DNA of 64,000 nucleotides, from the NCBI GenBank assembly GCA_963727825.1, contig CAVSHO010000011.1:256001-320000 (forward strand), read 5' to 3'. Source of the stretch: Ignavibacteriota bacterium. Lineage in GTDB: Bacteria; Bacteroidota; Ignavibacteria; UBA10030. Shown here in pieces: positions 51,982 to 63,200 of the stretch (within the stretch, counting starts at the first letter, position 1; each line of letters opens with the position of its first letter). The notes under the pieces are model-generated. The model worked only from the letters and a program-made list of their open reading frames with translations. It searched no databases and was not told the origin of the DNA. The translations under genes and the position numbers were made by a program.

Positions 51982-52716
51982 TCAAGAATGTTCTCGTGTC
52001 AATAGGAGAGTTTCCGCTTCTCTTAATTGTGCTACTGTGTTAATACCAAGAACCTCGTCAACATAGGTCGCCTTCAAGGCAGAGACTTTCCAATTACGCT
52101 TCCAGAAATATTCGAATACGTCTGTTAGATAATATTCCTTCTGCACATTGTGCGGTGTAATATGTTGCAGACTCTCGAATAACTTTTGCTTATCAAAGAG
52201 ATAGATGCCTGAATTAATTTCCTTCGTTCGACGCTCTTCTTCCGTTGCGTCCTTGTGCTCGATGATTTTCTTCACAGAATCATCATTGTTTCTTATGATA
52301 CGACCATATCCTGTTGGGTCATCCATGTGTGCAGTAAGTATAGTGGCAGCCGCATGTGTTTGAAAGTGCTGTTCGATGAGTTGCTGTATAGTTTCAGCAG
52401 TTAAGAGCGGAACATCCCCAGAAAGCACGATCACATCTCCATTAAAATCCTTTAGCGCAGTTTCAGTTTGCATTACAGCATGTCCGGTACCAAGCTGTTC
52501 GGCTTGTAAGGCAATCTCTATATTTGGATGCGATTCGCAAATATAACTTTTTACTACTTCGCTTCGATATCCAACAATAACAACAACACGATCTGCTTTG
52601 AGATCATATGCAAGGTCAACGACATATTCAATCATCGGCTTGCCATGGAGTTCATACATAACTTTGGCTCTGGAAGGATCCTTCATGCGTGTACCTTTGC
52701 CCGCCGCCATAATCAC
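51982..52716 (-). CDS. GlmU-like uridyltransferase domain only (start may be upstream, possibly CTG at 52749)
   Basis: MAAGKGTRMK, QLGTGHAV, SGDVPL, GYGRIIR, EYYLTD, GINT; ends before the LbH domain. Confidence 0.85.
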   Translation of the reverse strand: MIMAAGKGTRMKDPSRAKVMYELHGKPMIEYVVDLAYDLKADRVVVIVGYRSEVVKSYICESHPNIEIALQAEQLGTGHAVMQTETALKDFNGDVIVLSGDVPLLTAETIQQLIEQHFQTHAAATILTAHMDDPTGYGRIIRNNDDSVKKIIEHKDATEEERRTKEINSGIYLFDKQKLFESLQHITPHNVQKEYYLTDVFEYFWKRNWKVSALKATYVDEVLGINTVAQLREAETLLLTREHS

Positions 52717-52759
52717 TACTGCAAGATCATGTTTCTTTTCTGTTTTCAGTGCTAATTCC

Positions 52760-53623
52760 TTATTTTACCTGTATGCGTATATTATCAATAAGCCTCGTTT
52801 TGCCAAAATGTACTGCAAGCGCTACGAGCACTTCCGGCGATTCAATTATTTTTACTTCCTCAAATTTTATCGGATTGACAAAAGAGATGTAATCGATTTG
52901 ACTCGGGTTTCCAGCTTTGATTATTTTTTCCATCTCAACACGAAGATCTGTTACGTTCTTTTCACCATCTTGAATACTCTGAGTAGCGTGTAGAAGCGAA
53001 CGATAAAGTACCAGTGCATTCTTACGTTCAGTTTCGCTCAGATATAAATTGCGCGAACTCAGAGCCAGCCCATCTATTTCTCTAACAATTGGAGCAATTA
53101 TGACTTCTATATCGAAATTCAAGTCTTTCACCATCTTTTGGACAATAAAAGCTTGCTGCGCATCCTTCTGGCCAAAAATCGCAATATGTGGTTTTGTGAT
53201 ATGAAAAAGTTTCGCTACAACCGTAGTTACTCCTCGAAAGTGTGTCGGGCGAAATGTCCCCTCTAATATCGTTGAAGCTTTATCAACTTCCACTTTACTG
53301 TCAAATTCTATCGGATACATTTCTGCAACATCTGGAAAGAAGATTAAATCTGAGCCCGCTTTTTCAGCTATTATTTTGTCGTGGTCAATGTCGCGAGGAT
53401 AACGATTGAAGTCTTCATTCGGAGCGAACTGAGTTGGATTAACAAAAATTGTGGTAACAACGATATCTGCACGAGAACGAGCGAGTTCAATTAGACTTTC
53501 ATGTCCGCGATGTAAATATCCCATTGTCGGAACCACGGCAATATTCTTTCCTTCGCGTCGAAACCGTTCAGCGACATTCTGCATCTCCCTTATCTTTGTT
53601 ACAATTTGAATTGACAACAACAA
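52760..53623 (-). CDS. panC: Pantoate--beta-alanine ligase
   Basis: VPTMGYLHRGH, FVNPTQF, FGQKDAQQ, LSSRN, RLIDN. Confidence 0.97.
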   Translation of the reverse strand: MLLSIQIVTKIREMQNVAERFRREGKNIAVVPTMGYLHRGHESLIELARSRADIVVTTIFVNPTQFAPNEDFNRYPRDIDHDKIIAEKAGSDLIFFPDVAEMYPIEFDSKVEVDKASTILEGTFRPTHFRGVTTVVAKLFHITKPHIAIFGQKDAQQAFIVQKMVKDLNFDIEVIIAPIVREIDGLALSSRNLYLSETERKNALVLYRSLLHATQSIQDGEKNVTDLRVEMEKIIKAGNPSQIDYISFVNPIKFEEVKIIESPEVLVALAVHFGKTRLIDNIRIQVK

Positions 53624-53631
53624 CCTCTTTT

Positions 53632-54474
53632 TTATCCTACAAGATTCCGAATCACCTTGGTAATTGTTTCTTTGAGTTCTTTACGATGAACAACAAGATC
53701 AACAAATCCTTTATCCATCAAGAACTCTGATCGCTGAAATCCTTTTGGCAAATCTTTTCCTATTGTTTGTTTAATAACGCGCGGACCTGCAAATCCGATA
53801 AGCGCTGCAGGCTCAGCAATGTGTACATCGCCTAACATTGCAAAGCTTGCAGTCACACCACCTGTCGTTGGGTCTGTGAGCACAGATATGTATGGTACAC
53901 CTGCATCGGAAAGTTGTGCAAGTTTTGCGCTCATTTTAGCCATCTGCATTAATGACAATGCACCTTCCTGCATTCTTGCACCGCCAGTAGAAGATATGAC
54001 AATTAACGGTTGTCTTTTTTTGCGCGCGGTATCTGCAGCACGTGCAATTTTTTCTCCTACAACAGAACCCATGCTTCCGCCGATAAAGGCAAAATCCATG
54101 CAAGCAATCACTACTGGAATCCCGTTTATCATTCCTTCGCCGGTTCTCACAGCATCGTAAAGACCGATTTTTTTGATTGTCGTTTCCACACGGCTTGCAT
54201 ACGATTTTGTATCGGTGAACTTCAGCGGGTCTACAGAACGCATTTTTTTATTCATCTCTTTGAATGTGCCATCGTCGAGCAGTATATTGAAATATTCTTT
54301 GCTTCCGATACGAAAATGGAAATTACATTTTGGGCATGTATAAAGATTTTGATCTAATTGTTTTTTATGGATAATTTCACTGCATCCGCTGCACTTCGTC
54401 CACATGCCATCAGGGATGTCTTTTTTCTGACCATCCGATGAAATATTTTCTTTTGATCGCTTAAACCAAGCCAT
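53632..54474 (-). CDS. accD: Acetyl-CoA carboxylase carboxyltransferase beta
   Basis: KCSGC..CPKC, GGSMGSVVGEK, GGARMQEG, FAGPRVI. Confidence 0.97.
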   Translation of the reverse strand: MAWFKRSKENISSDGQKKDIPDGMWTKCSGCSEIIHKKQLDQNLYTCPKCNFHFRIGSKEYFNILLDDGTFKEMNKKMRSVDPLKFTDTKSYASRVETTIKKIGLYDAVRTGEGMINGIPVVIACMDFAFIGGSMGSVVGEKIARAADTARKKRQPLIVISSTGGARMQEGALSLMQMAKMSAKLAQLSDAGVPYISVLTDPTTGGVTASFAMLGDVHIAEPAALIGFAGPRVIKQTIGKDLPKGFQRSEFLMDKGFVDLVVHRKELKETITKVIRNLVG

Positions 54475-54499
54475 TGTAATCTCCTTCAACTACCGTGCA

Positions 54500-55183
54500 T
54501 CATTTTCCCAATTTTGTTTGATTCCGGACAACGAAGTCTTTCAAATATATCGGTTCCAATTGTTCCCATATATTTCTTTTTCCATCATTCCATCTTTCGC
54601 CCGCCATACGCGCTACAATATCCCCCCGACAATACGAAAATACATCATCGACAATTATAGAATCGCTCAATTTCGTTTTCACTTCGTCAACGCGGTCTGT
54701 TACTATCAATGTTTTTAGGGATGCTGCAGCAGGTATCGATGAAATACTTCCAATTTGCACAGGCCGCACTTCACGTACATCTCCGTTATTAAGTTCGTAC
54801 ACTCCAATATAATACTCTCTCTGCTTTGCATCAATGCACACAATGACTTGCGTATACTCCGATTGTGACAATGCTGCACTTCTTGCAATAGATGAGAATG
54901 TCGACACTGCAATAAGCGGTTTTTCAAGCGCAAAGCATAATCCTTTTGCGGTACTCAATCCAATGCGAAGTCCGGTAAAAGAACCGGGACCTATCGAGAT
55001 TGCGATACCATCCAACTGCGCAAGTCTAATCTTTTGTGCATCGCATAATTCTTGAATTAGTGTTAACAGTTTTTCTGAATGAATATGTGACTCAACAAGC
55101 GATCTTTCCGACTGCGATCCAAATTCGTTTGCTAATCCTACAGAACAAACTGCCGTTGATGTCTCAATACCAAGAATCGTCAT
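54500..55183 (-). CDS. tsaB: tRNA threonylcarbamoyladenosine biosynthesis protein TsaB
   Basis: [27 protein letters not shown]. Confidence 0.94.
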   Translation of the reverse strand: MTILGIETSTAVCSVGLANEFGSQSERSLVESHIHSEKLLTLIQELCDAQKIRLAQLDGIAISIGPGSFTGLRIGLSTAKGLCFALEKPLIAVSTFSSIARSAALSQSEYTQVIVCIDAKQREYYIGVYELNNGDVREVRPVQIGSISSIPAAASLKTLIVTDRVDEVKTKLSDSIIVDDVFSYCRGDIVARMAGERWNDGKRNIWEQLEPIYLKDFVVRNQTKLGK

Positions 55184-55629
55184 TACTTTTGGACTCCAGC
55201 AATTTTAATACAGCGCTCGTTCTCATTCGTACCAAAAGAAAAACGAACGTCGTACCGTTGCTTCGGTAATAATTCCCCTAGCATCTCCGCCCATTCGATA
55301 AGACAGATACCATCACTCTGAAGAAATTCTTCATAGCCAAGGTCATATATTTCCACGAGCGATTTAACACGATAGAGATCGAAATGATACAATAGAATCT
55401 CGCTTTGGCGCTCATCCATTCCATCATACCGATTTAGGATGACAAAAGATGGGCTTGTTGCGACCGTACGTGTCTTGAATGCTTGACACACACCTTTAAC
55501 AAACTGTGTCTTCCCGCTTCCCAGTTCACCAAACAGTGTTATAACATCACCACGCCGCAATCTATCAGCGAAAGCTCGCGCAAAAGCAATTGTTTCTTCT
55601 GCCGATTCAGTTGTGCGAGTTTCGCTCAT
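55183..55629 (-). CDS. tsaE: tRNA threonylcarbamoyladenosine biosynthesis ATPase TsaE
   Basis: GELGSGKT, TSPSF, YHFDLYR, IEWAE. Confidence 0.95.
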   Translation of the reverse strand: MSETRTTESAEETIAFARAFADRLRRGDVITLFGELGSGKTQFVKGVCQAFKTRTVATSPSFVILNRYDGMDERQSEILLYHFDLYRVKSLVEIYDLGYEEFLQSDGICLIEWAEMLGELLPKQRYDVRFSFGTNENERCIKIAGVQK

Positions 55630-57191
55630 TTTGGCTCAAACTTCACGATCGGGAGAATCATTTCTTGCATCGAAATACCGCCGTGCTGGAAGCTATCTCT
55701 GTAATAATTTAGATATTTGTGATACTCCGTCGGATAAACGAAATAATAATCTTCTTTCGCCATTATATAATTTGTAGTGACACTACCTCGTGGTAGTTTA
55801 TAATCAACCGGACTCTTGATAAATACTGCCTGTTTTTCGTCCACCTTAAGATTTCTGCCAAATTTATATCGCAGATTTGATGACGCTTCTCGATCTCCGA
55901 CAACTTTCGACCCACGCATACACCGGACACTTCCGTGATCTGTAGTAAGAATAATTTTAACATTTTTCTGCGAAGCAAGTGTCTTAAGCATACCAAATAG
56001 AGATGAATGTTGAAACCATGATCGAGTTAGAGAACGATAAGCCGGCTCGTCAGGCGCGATCTCTTTTAGGAGCGGCGAGTCTGATCGCCCATGAGCGAGC
56101 ATATCGATAAAATTCACAACAACTGCCGTGAGACGGCTTTGTGTATAAGAAATGATGTTTCCCTCGAATTGCCTGCCAAAGTCTGAATCCAATATTTTCA
56201 CGTACTTTGATTCCGGCTTCAATACAATACGCCTTCGTTCTAAGAGTCTGTCCATTAACTGATGTTCGTATCGGTTGCGGCTGTTTTCGTCGTCGTCATC
56301 TTCAGAAGACCATATTTCAGGGTATCGTTTTTCTATATCGATAGGAAAGTATCCGCTAAAAATCGCATTGCGGGAATATGGCGTAGCTGTCGGCAAAATA
56401 CTGAAGTAATATTGTTTTTCAAATGTATAATATTCTGATAATAGTTCTTCCAAAATCAACCATTGGTCAAGCCGCAAGCAATCAATAACGAAGAAGAAGA
56501 CAGAAGTGTGATCGTTCAATTCGGGGAGCACGCAGCGTTCCATAACATCGGGCGAAAGCATAATCGGACGTTTTGTGTCCTCAATCCACTTGCGATAGTT
56601 CCGTTCGACGAATTTTCCAAACTCGGCATTGCATTCGCGTTTTTGATCCTGAAGTGTCTGCCTTAATCCCAATTCTGGATGTGCATCTAATTCCATGTCC
56701 CAATTTGTTAGCTTTAGATATAGGTCAATCCATTCTTCTTCCCCAAGCAAAGTATTCAGTGTAAGACTGATATTTTGAAATTCTTTTATATAGTCGCGTG
56801 AGATGTACGCACTTGATATTTTTTTTGACTCAAATATTTTCTTGCATGCCATAAGAATCTGGCTGGGATTCACTGGCTTTACTAAATAATCTGTAATTTT
56901 ACTGCCGATGGCTTCTTCCATTAGACTCTCTGCTTCGCTTTTTGTAACCATTACTACCGGAAGCGTTGGTGAGATATCTTTCATTGCCGAAAGAGTTTGT
57001 AAGCCTCCTAAGCCGGGCATCATCTCATCGAGGAAAACAAGGTCATAACCATTATTCTTCACTAACTCGATCGCATCCTCGCCATTAGTCGCCGTATCGA
57101 CTTGATATCCCTTCTGTTCCAATAACCTCAGATGAGGACGCAATAAGTCAATTTCATCATCGACCCAAAGTATTTTTTTTGAAGTTTCCAT
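55626..57191 (-). CDS. porX: PorX-like response regulator (receiver plus PglZ/alkaline-phosphatase domain)
   Basis: ILWVDDEI, FLDEMMPG, IDCLRLDQW, LPTATPYSRNAIF, TTDHG, FQHGGIS. Confidence 0.93.
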   Translation of the reverse strand: METSKKILWVDDEIDLLRPHLRLLEQKGYQVDTATNGEDAIELVKNNGYDLVFLDEMMPGLGGLQTLSAMKDISPTLPVVMVTKSEAESLMEEAIGSKITDYLVKPVNPSQILMACKKIFESKKISSAYISRDYIKEFQNISLTLNTLLGEEEWIDLYLKLTNWDMELDAHPELGLRQTLQDQKRECNAEFGKFVERNYRKWIEDTKRPIMLSPDVMERCVLPELNDHTSVFFFVIDCLRLDQWLILEELLSEYYTFEKQYYFSILPTATPYSRNAIFSGYFPIDIEKRYPEIWSSEDDDDENSRNRYEHQLMDRLLERRRIVLKPESKYVKILDSDFGRQFEGNIISYTQSRLTAVVVNFIDMLAHGRSDSPLLKEIAPDEPAYRSLTRSWFQHSSLFGMLKTLASQKNVKIILTTDHGSVRCMRGSKVVGDREASSNLRYKFGRNLKVDEKQAVFIKSPVDYKLPRGSVTTNYIMAKEDYYFVYPTEYHKYLNYYRDSFQHGGISMQEMILPIVKFEPK

Positions 57192-57246
57192 TTAGACCTT
57201 AAGTAAAGTACCACTTACACACGCGAGAATCAACGCGAGAAATGGA

Positions 57247-60200
57247 TTATTGAATAAGTACGTGAACATCTAATCCGCCTTCATTGGTTGTGGATCCTGG
57301 AGTTGTAGATCCGCCAGCATCCGGGGCAAGTCTTGTATAACGATAATAGACAGAAGCCGTAACACGCTCACTTAACGTGTAGCGGATACGCGGTTCTATT
57401 GTTGTGCGGCCTAAACCACCCATCGGTAAGCCGTCTTTTTGGAAATTGTTGAAATCGAAGAGCACGCTGGTGTTATGTGAATAGCCATAGTTAATAGTAA
57501 TATCTATATTATTCATAAGCGATATCCCAAAAAAAGGAAGCTCAAATCCCTGTCTGCTATAGGTTGCTGTAGCAGAAATATCTGAGGTTGATGTTTCAGT
57601 TGCATTTTGAGAAGACGGTACAAGATCATACGAGGTTGTTGTACCGTACCGAAACGTTGTACTCAAGTTTCCTTTAATTATATCTTTAAATGTTATATTT
57701 ATACCGATTAATGGAGAAAATCCATACGTAACCGTTTCACTTGTTGTTGCTTCAGTCATGCTAGTCATCCCAGTAATCGGATCTGTAGTTGGTGTCATTT
57801 GCCATCGCTGTTTAAAATCTGATGTATAGGCATTATCGAGCGAGATGCGCGACACAAAACTTTTCAAAAAACTAATATTTTCTAATCCATCCCAATGGAT
57901 TGACCAGTTAGCGCGTGGAGCAAGCGAACCCAGGATTTTTGACAACCAAGGGAGAGTTTCCATTCCCTGCTCAAAAGCTTGAGATAACTTTGAAGCATCA
58001 TCGCGTGTATCATTCACATCTTGCTTCATTCCATTAAATATATTGTTCACATTATCAAGATTCGTTTTTAAAAATGGCAGCGAGATATACGAACGATCCA
58101 GGTCTCCGCTAACAGTATTGCTTATCGAGCTTGGTATGATATGACCCAGTGAGTCCGTAGTACTGGTTCTGTTTTCGCTATAAGTCCACCCTACCTTCCA
58201 ATCCAATTGAATTGTTGCGCCTGTCCATAACGGTCTCGATGTATGTATAGCAATCTGATTATTCTGTGAAAACGCATCAGTAATATTCGCATTAGCAGCA
58301 CGAATACCCGGTATTGTATCTGTGTAACCGTAGAAGAACGGAAATGTTCCTTTCGTTTTCAGCACCAACTCGCCATTCGGATCTGAGATTAATCCGAATT
58401 GGTACAAAAACTTTGGCCCATTTTCGTCCAATGACGACTGAAAAAATGGAGCTCGTGCAAATATATTGGCAAATCCCGAACCTCCAAGCACACCACTGTT
58501 TTGTGCTGTGTTCGACTGTGTGAAACTAAAACTGAATTTCTCAAAATCGAAGATAGTATTCTTGAACACGATGCGCGATATGCGATCGAATTGCTTCAAT
58601 AGATTGAATGGGCTTCCCTTTTTGCTAGTGTCCACATTTGTTGGTGCTGGGGCTTGTACCTGCGTCGGTGACCAAATGGCATCTGTGATTGGTTTCAGAT
58701 TAACATCTAGCGAGAGCGAAGGCGCATTGCTCCAGCCGGCACTGCGGCCAATAGGGCCCGCCTGTAAATTGTTCGTCCAATTATAGTTCACAGAATAATG
58801 CAGATTTGGCGTAAAAATCTTATCTAACATTAGTGCCTCCGGCGCTGTCACTTTCGTATTTAAAGTAATTGCCTGTCCATAGTTTTGATCGATGCCAAAG
58901 TTAATCAGCCTATCACTAAAAAATATATCATTGAGAATATCCGAAAATGAACGCTGGTTTCCGTATCGATCTGTTTCAAAACGCACAAGAGTGCTCCCGA
59001 TATTAACATTATAGTTAACACCAAGATCAAACAATCCGCCTTTAAAGAATTGCCAAGTGAAATCCATCGACCGCTGCGCACTTAAATTGCGCACTGTATC
59101 ATTTCCAGTCTCTTGGGAACGGTCCTTTGACCACGATTGGCTACGGCTAAGAGTTGCACCAAAATTCAATATTTGAGGCGTGAAAAAGAATTTTAAGGTT
59201 CCCAACGAAAGATAATTATTCGGATTGAACTGCGTCCCATATTTGAGATTCGCGTTCCAACCCCATGCATTCGCATATTCAGTTGATGGATTACGTTGGA
59301 AAGACTTTGTATAGTTGTATCCAAAGGACATTTTATTGATCGTTTCCGATACAAGCCAAGTTTTAATTGGAATGTTGAACTTTAACATAGGCACGGAATA
59401 AGAATCCGTGATGCTCATAGTTTCAGATTGACTCCGCACAGAATCTGCATTTGCGTACTGAGCCGCTTTTTCTACTAAAATATCTGTGCCCGGAAGATAT
59501 AGCGGTTGGTCAATACTTTCCGCATGACTATAACTTAAGCTAAATACAGAACCGTTCCATGTCTCCGGCAAAAACTTATCAATCGCAAAAGATGTAGAAA
59601 GGCTCCAAGTCCGGTTTGTGTTGAGCGTGCCGAATTGATCTTCCAATCCGTGGAAGAATGGATCGCGCTTACTGAATGAGAATGCAATATTCCCAATGTC
59701 TGCAAGTTTTATGTTGGCATCCACCTTATACGCCCACCCATGAGTATTATCCACATCAGTGAGGCGTAGTTCATCAACCCATAATTCTCCGCTAATGACC
59801 GGAGCGCCTTTATTTTCCGGATTTTTAATTCCAATAGAAATAAATTGTACTCTATCCAACCGCGGATTTCCACGAATCTGATATGTGGCGCCTGGCCATC
59901 CACCAGGTACCGCTTTCCTTGGTGAAATATTTGTGCTATCTATTAAAACTTTTAGGGCAGTAAGATCAGAGAATTTGATGACGACATCATTTCCAGTCCA
60001 GCCTGGATGTACAGGCTCACGATACTCATAATAATTTGATGTATCATCGCCAAAATGAAGGAACATTTCTGCATCATAGTTAGTTGTATCGGTATATTTA
60101 AATCTTTTATAGTTTTTAGTGGGATCATTGCCTTCTTCACCATGGACAAACATCTTTAATGTCCCATAGTGAATCATACTAATCGGATTTGTTGTCATAT

Positions 60201-63200
60201 ATTTTACTACTTCTCTGTATTGTCCATCTTGCAAATTCGGCACGATTATATCCAATGATTGCTCATTGCTAAGAACAGTCTGAGTTACTTGCGTTGGATC
60301 TTGTGTGCGAAGGTTAGGATCCGGCATAGTATAAAGCGGATCATCTTCTTCGTTCACAACACTCACTTCAAACGAAGAATCTGTTAATACCCGTTTCTGC
60401 CATTGGTTACCGACAAGATTTAGATCGACAAGGCGAAATAACAATGGCTTTCCTGCTCCTGTAACCCAAATTCGTACTCCTTCTACATTAGTAAATGTCG
60501 GTTCTCCAATCTTTCTATTATATCCGGCAAGCGGAATACGAATTTGATGCCACTTGTTATGATCGGTTCCGGTTCCGGTTCCAATTATTAAATTTTGAAA
60601 CCGGCTATCTGCTGTATCAAGAGGAACTTCATATTCAAAATAAGAATTTAATAGATCAACTTTTCCATTTCTATTCAAGTCTTCTGTATCTGGCAAATGT
60701 CCAGCATCACTAACAGAGTTTCCCTCGGTACCATCAACTCCCTCATATTGTTCAGCCATAGACGTATCAAGGGGGCTTCCATTGCCAATAGGCAGGTGGG
60801 AGAAATCATCACCTGACGGGTCGTTATTATATTCAGGATGTGTCGTTTTATAGTGATCCAAGAATTTTGAATAGTATACTCGTTCCATCGCATCATTTAT
60901 AGTATCAAGTCCCCAATCATAACTTGGATTTAAGACTCCTGTAGGAATATGCGCCGGGTTATCCAGTCCATCTTCCGTATTAAGGGTATGATTGGGAATT
61001 ACATCTTCGCTGATGTACCCGATGTCAATATTGAGCTTTGCAGAATCGTTATCCAACTTATCCGAAACAATATTAATCCAGAACTCTATGAATGCAACAT
61101 TTTGGTCTACAAGGTTAGTGGAGCTCGTGCCAAGAATATGCTGAATACCTGCCCATGATTTTTTGTGCGAATTTGGATCCGGATTATCCAATCCGATGGT
61201 ATTTTGTAAATTCATAGAATAGTTAAACTCGCCGCGCCTTTCCGGGTGAAAGTAAAAATCCAAAGACGTCACTTGATCTTGACCTTGAATATCAGTTTTA
61301 CGATTTTTATCCCAGATTGTTGAAGTAATGATATCAGTTGGGATAACATTGAACCAGCAAGCCTGAGCTTTGTACTCCATTTTTGATGTATCCGGCATGA
61401 TGCCAGATGAATATAAATCTTGTGATGTCGGAATGTAGCCTGGACCATTAATCGAGTCGTACTGAGGTATGTACGTATCTAAATTGTTAATAAACCAAGG
61501 AGCGCTTGCATCTTTCCATGCCGAATAAGTATTGCCAAGAGGGATGATTTGTTTGGCGCCCTCAAAGTCATCGATATACGCGACACTTTTACCGCCATCA
61601 CTTGAAATTGGACTGGTGCGCGTGTTCGGGTTCGGCATCATATAAGCTGCCTCGCCATGGAGAGTAATTTGTGATAATGCCGTTGTTTTAGCGCCTGGAA
61701 GATAATCCAGTGCATTAGTTAACCAGCGTGCGTCTAATGTGGTTCCGCCATCAATTCCCATAATCGTATTGCTAATTGGTTCTTCGCCAAGCCGGACTTT
61801 TTCACTTAATGATTGCTGGCTGTAATTCATAATCGTAAAACCAAGTAGAGTGTTTTTATTCAAATTGACTTCAGCACGCGCACCCAGCAGCGATTTTGAA
61901 GCAAGCTGGAACATATCGTTAGCTTCGTACTTAATTTGAATGTTACGTCCAGGGCTAAGATATGCTTGATTTCTAATAACAACCTGACCGGAGATATAAT
62001 CAACCGTGTAATCAACACCCGGTGTTGCTGACTGACCATCGACAATTACTTGCACACTTCCTTCGACAACATTATAACCAATCGAGTAACTTGCCGATTG
62101 TGCTGTTTTAACCGTGCCGCGCATATAATATAAGTTTCGCGGATCGTTCACTGCAATGGATAGGTCTTGAATATAAATTGCACCATAAGCATATTGACCC
62201 GCATACTTCTGTGCATTTTGTGCAGCATCTCCGCCATGCTTTATAAAATATTTAACCATACTTGATGAATCGAATGGTTCCACCGTTGGAAAAATAATTT
62301 CCCCCCGTGCTTCATTAATAGTAACTCCGGGAATATAATCAAATACCTTATCAGGGTTTGCTGAATTGTCTGCGCTAAACCGATCCAAACCAAGCATTTC
62401 CATAACCCCGACATTAGACGTGGTCACACTCGTTGCCGGAGTTTGACCCGGCAAATCATATTCCACATTAAATTGAAAATTCGTTTTATCTATGTTGGTC
62501 CCACCAAGAAAATATCGATTCTTCACCATCATACTCCAAGCTGGCTGTACTGTTGAACTAAGCTGCGATGGACGGACAAGTTTCAAAATAAGATTCAAAG
62601 AACTTTTTTGTGTCTGGCTCGATTGACCGATAGTTTTAATATTACCGCCATTATTTATACTATAACATACAGCGACGACTTGGTCATCTTGTGGCTGGCT
62701 TTGAAGAGAAATAATCCCAGCATATTGATCATAACTATAAGCTGATTGATCAAGTTTAATAAATTTCCCTTCTTCAACTTGTCCCGGAGTAGGAGTCCAT
62801 GTGCCTGGGATTCTGAGAGTACTATCCTTTATTGCGGAGTCTACTTTTGCCTGATCCATCAAAGCAAGAACATTTCTGAATTTTGCGGGGTCCATTTCCG
62901 TCTTTGTAGAAACCCATACTTCAATTTGAACAATCCTATTATTTTGCATATCAGAATTAATTAACGTGGGAACCTGATATACATTCTCATAAAATTTGAT
63001 GTACGATGTATCGATAAAGAAATGGCATTTGGAATAATCTGATGGACGCAACACTACCGCATTTGATTGTCCACCTCCAGAAACAGAAAGCTGTTTGATC
63101 TGTCCTTTCTTTTGAGTGGTTACAGTAGTCAAACGCAATGGTCCGATTTGAAATTTTGCCATAATTCCAAATAATGCCGAACCACCTGAAATAAATGACG

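Noticed and set aside
289-62964. Numerous short antisense or overlapping ORFs in the supplied track (e.g. 7156-7614, 27471-28013, 48784-49239)
   Set aside because: They are shadows of well-supported genes on the opposite strand or frame and have no motifs.
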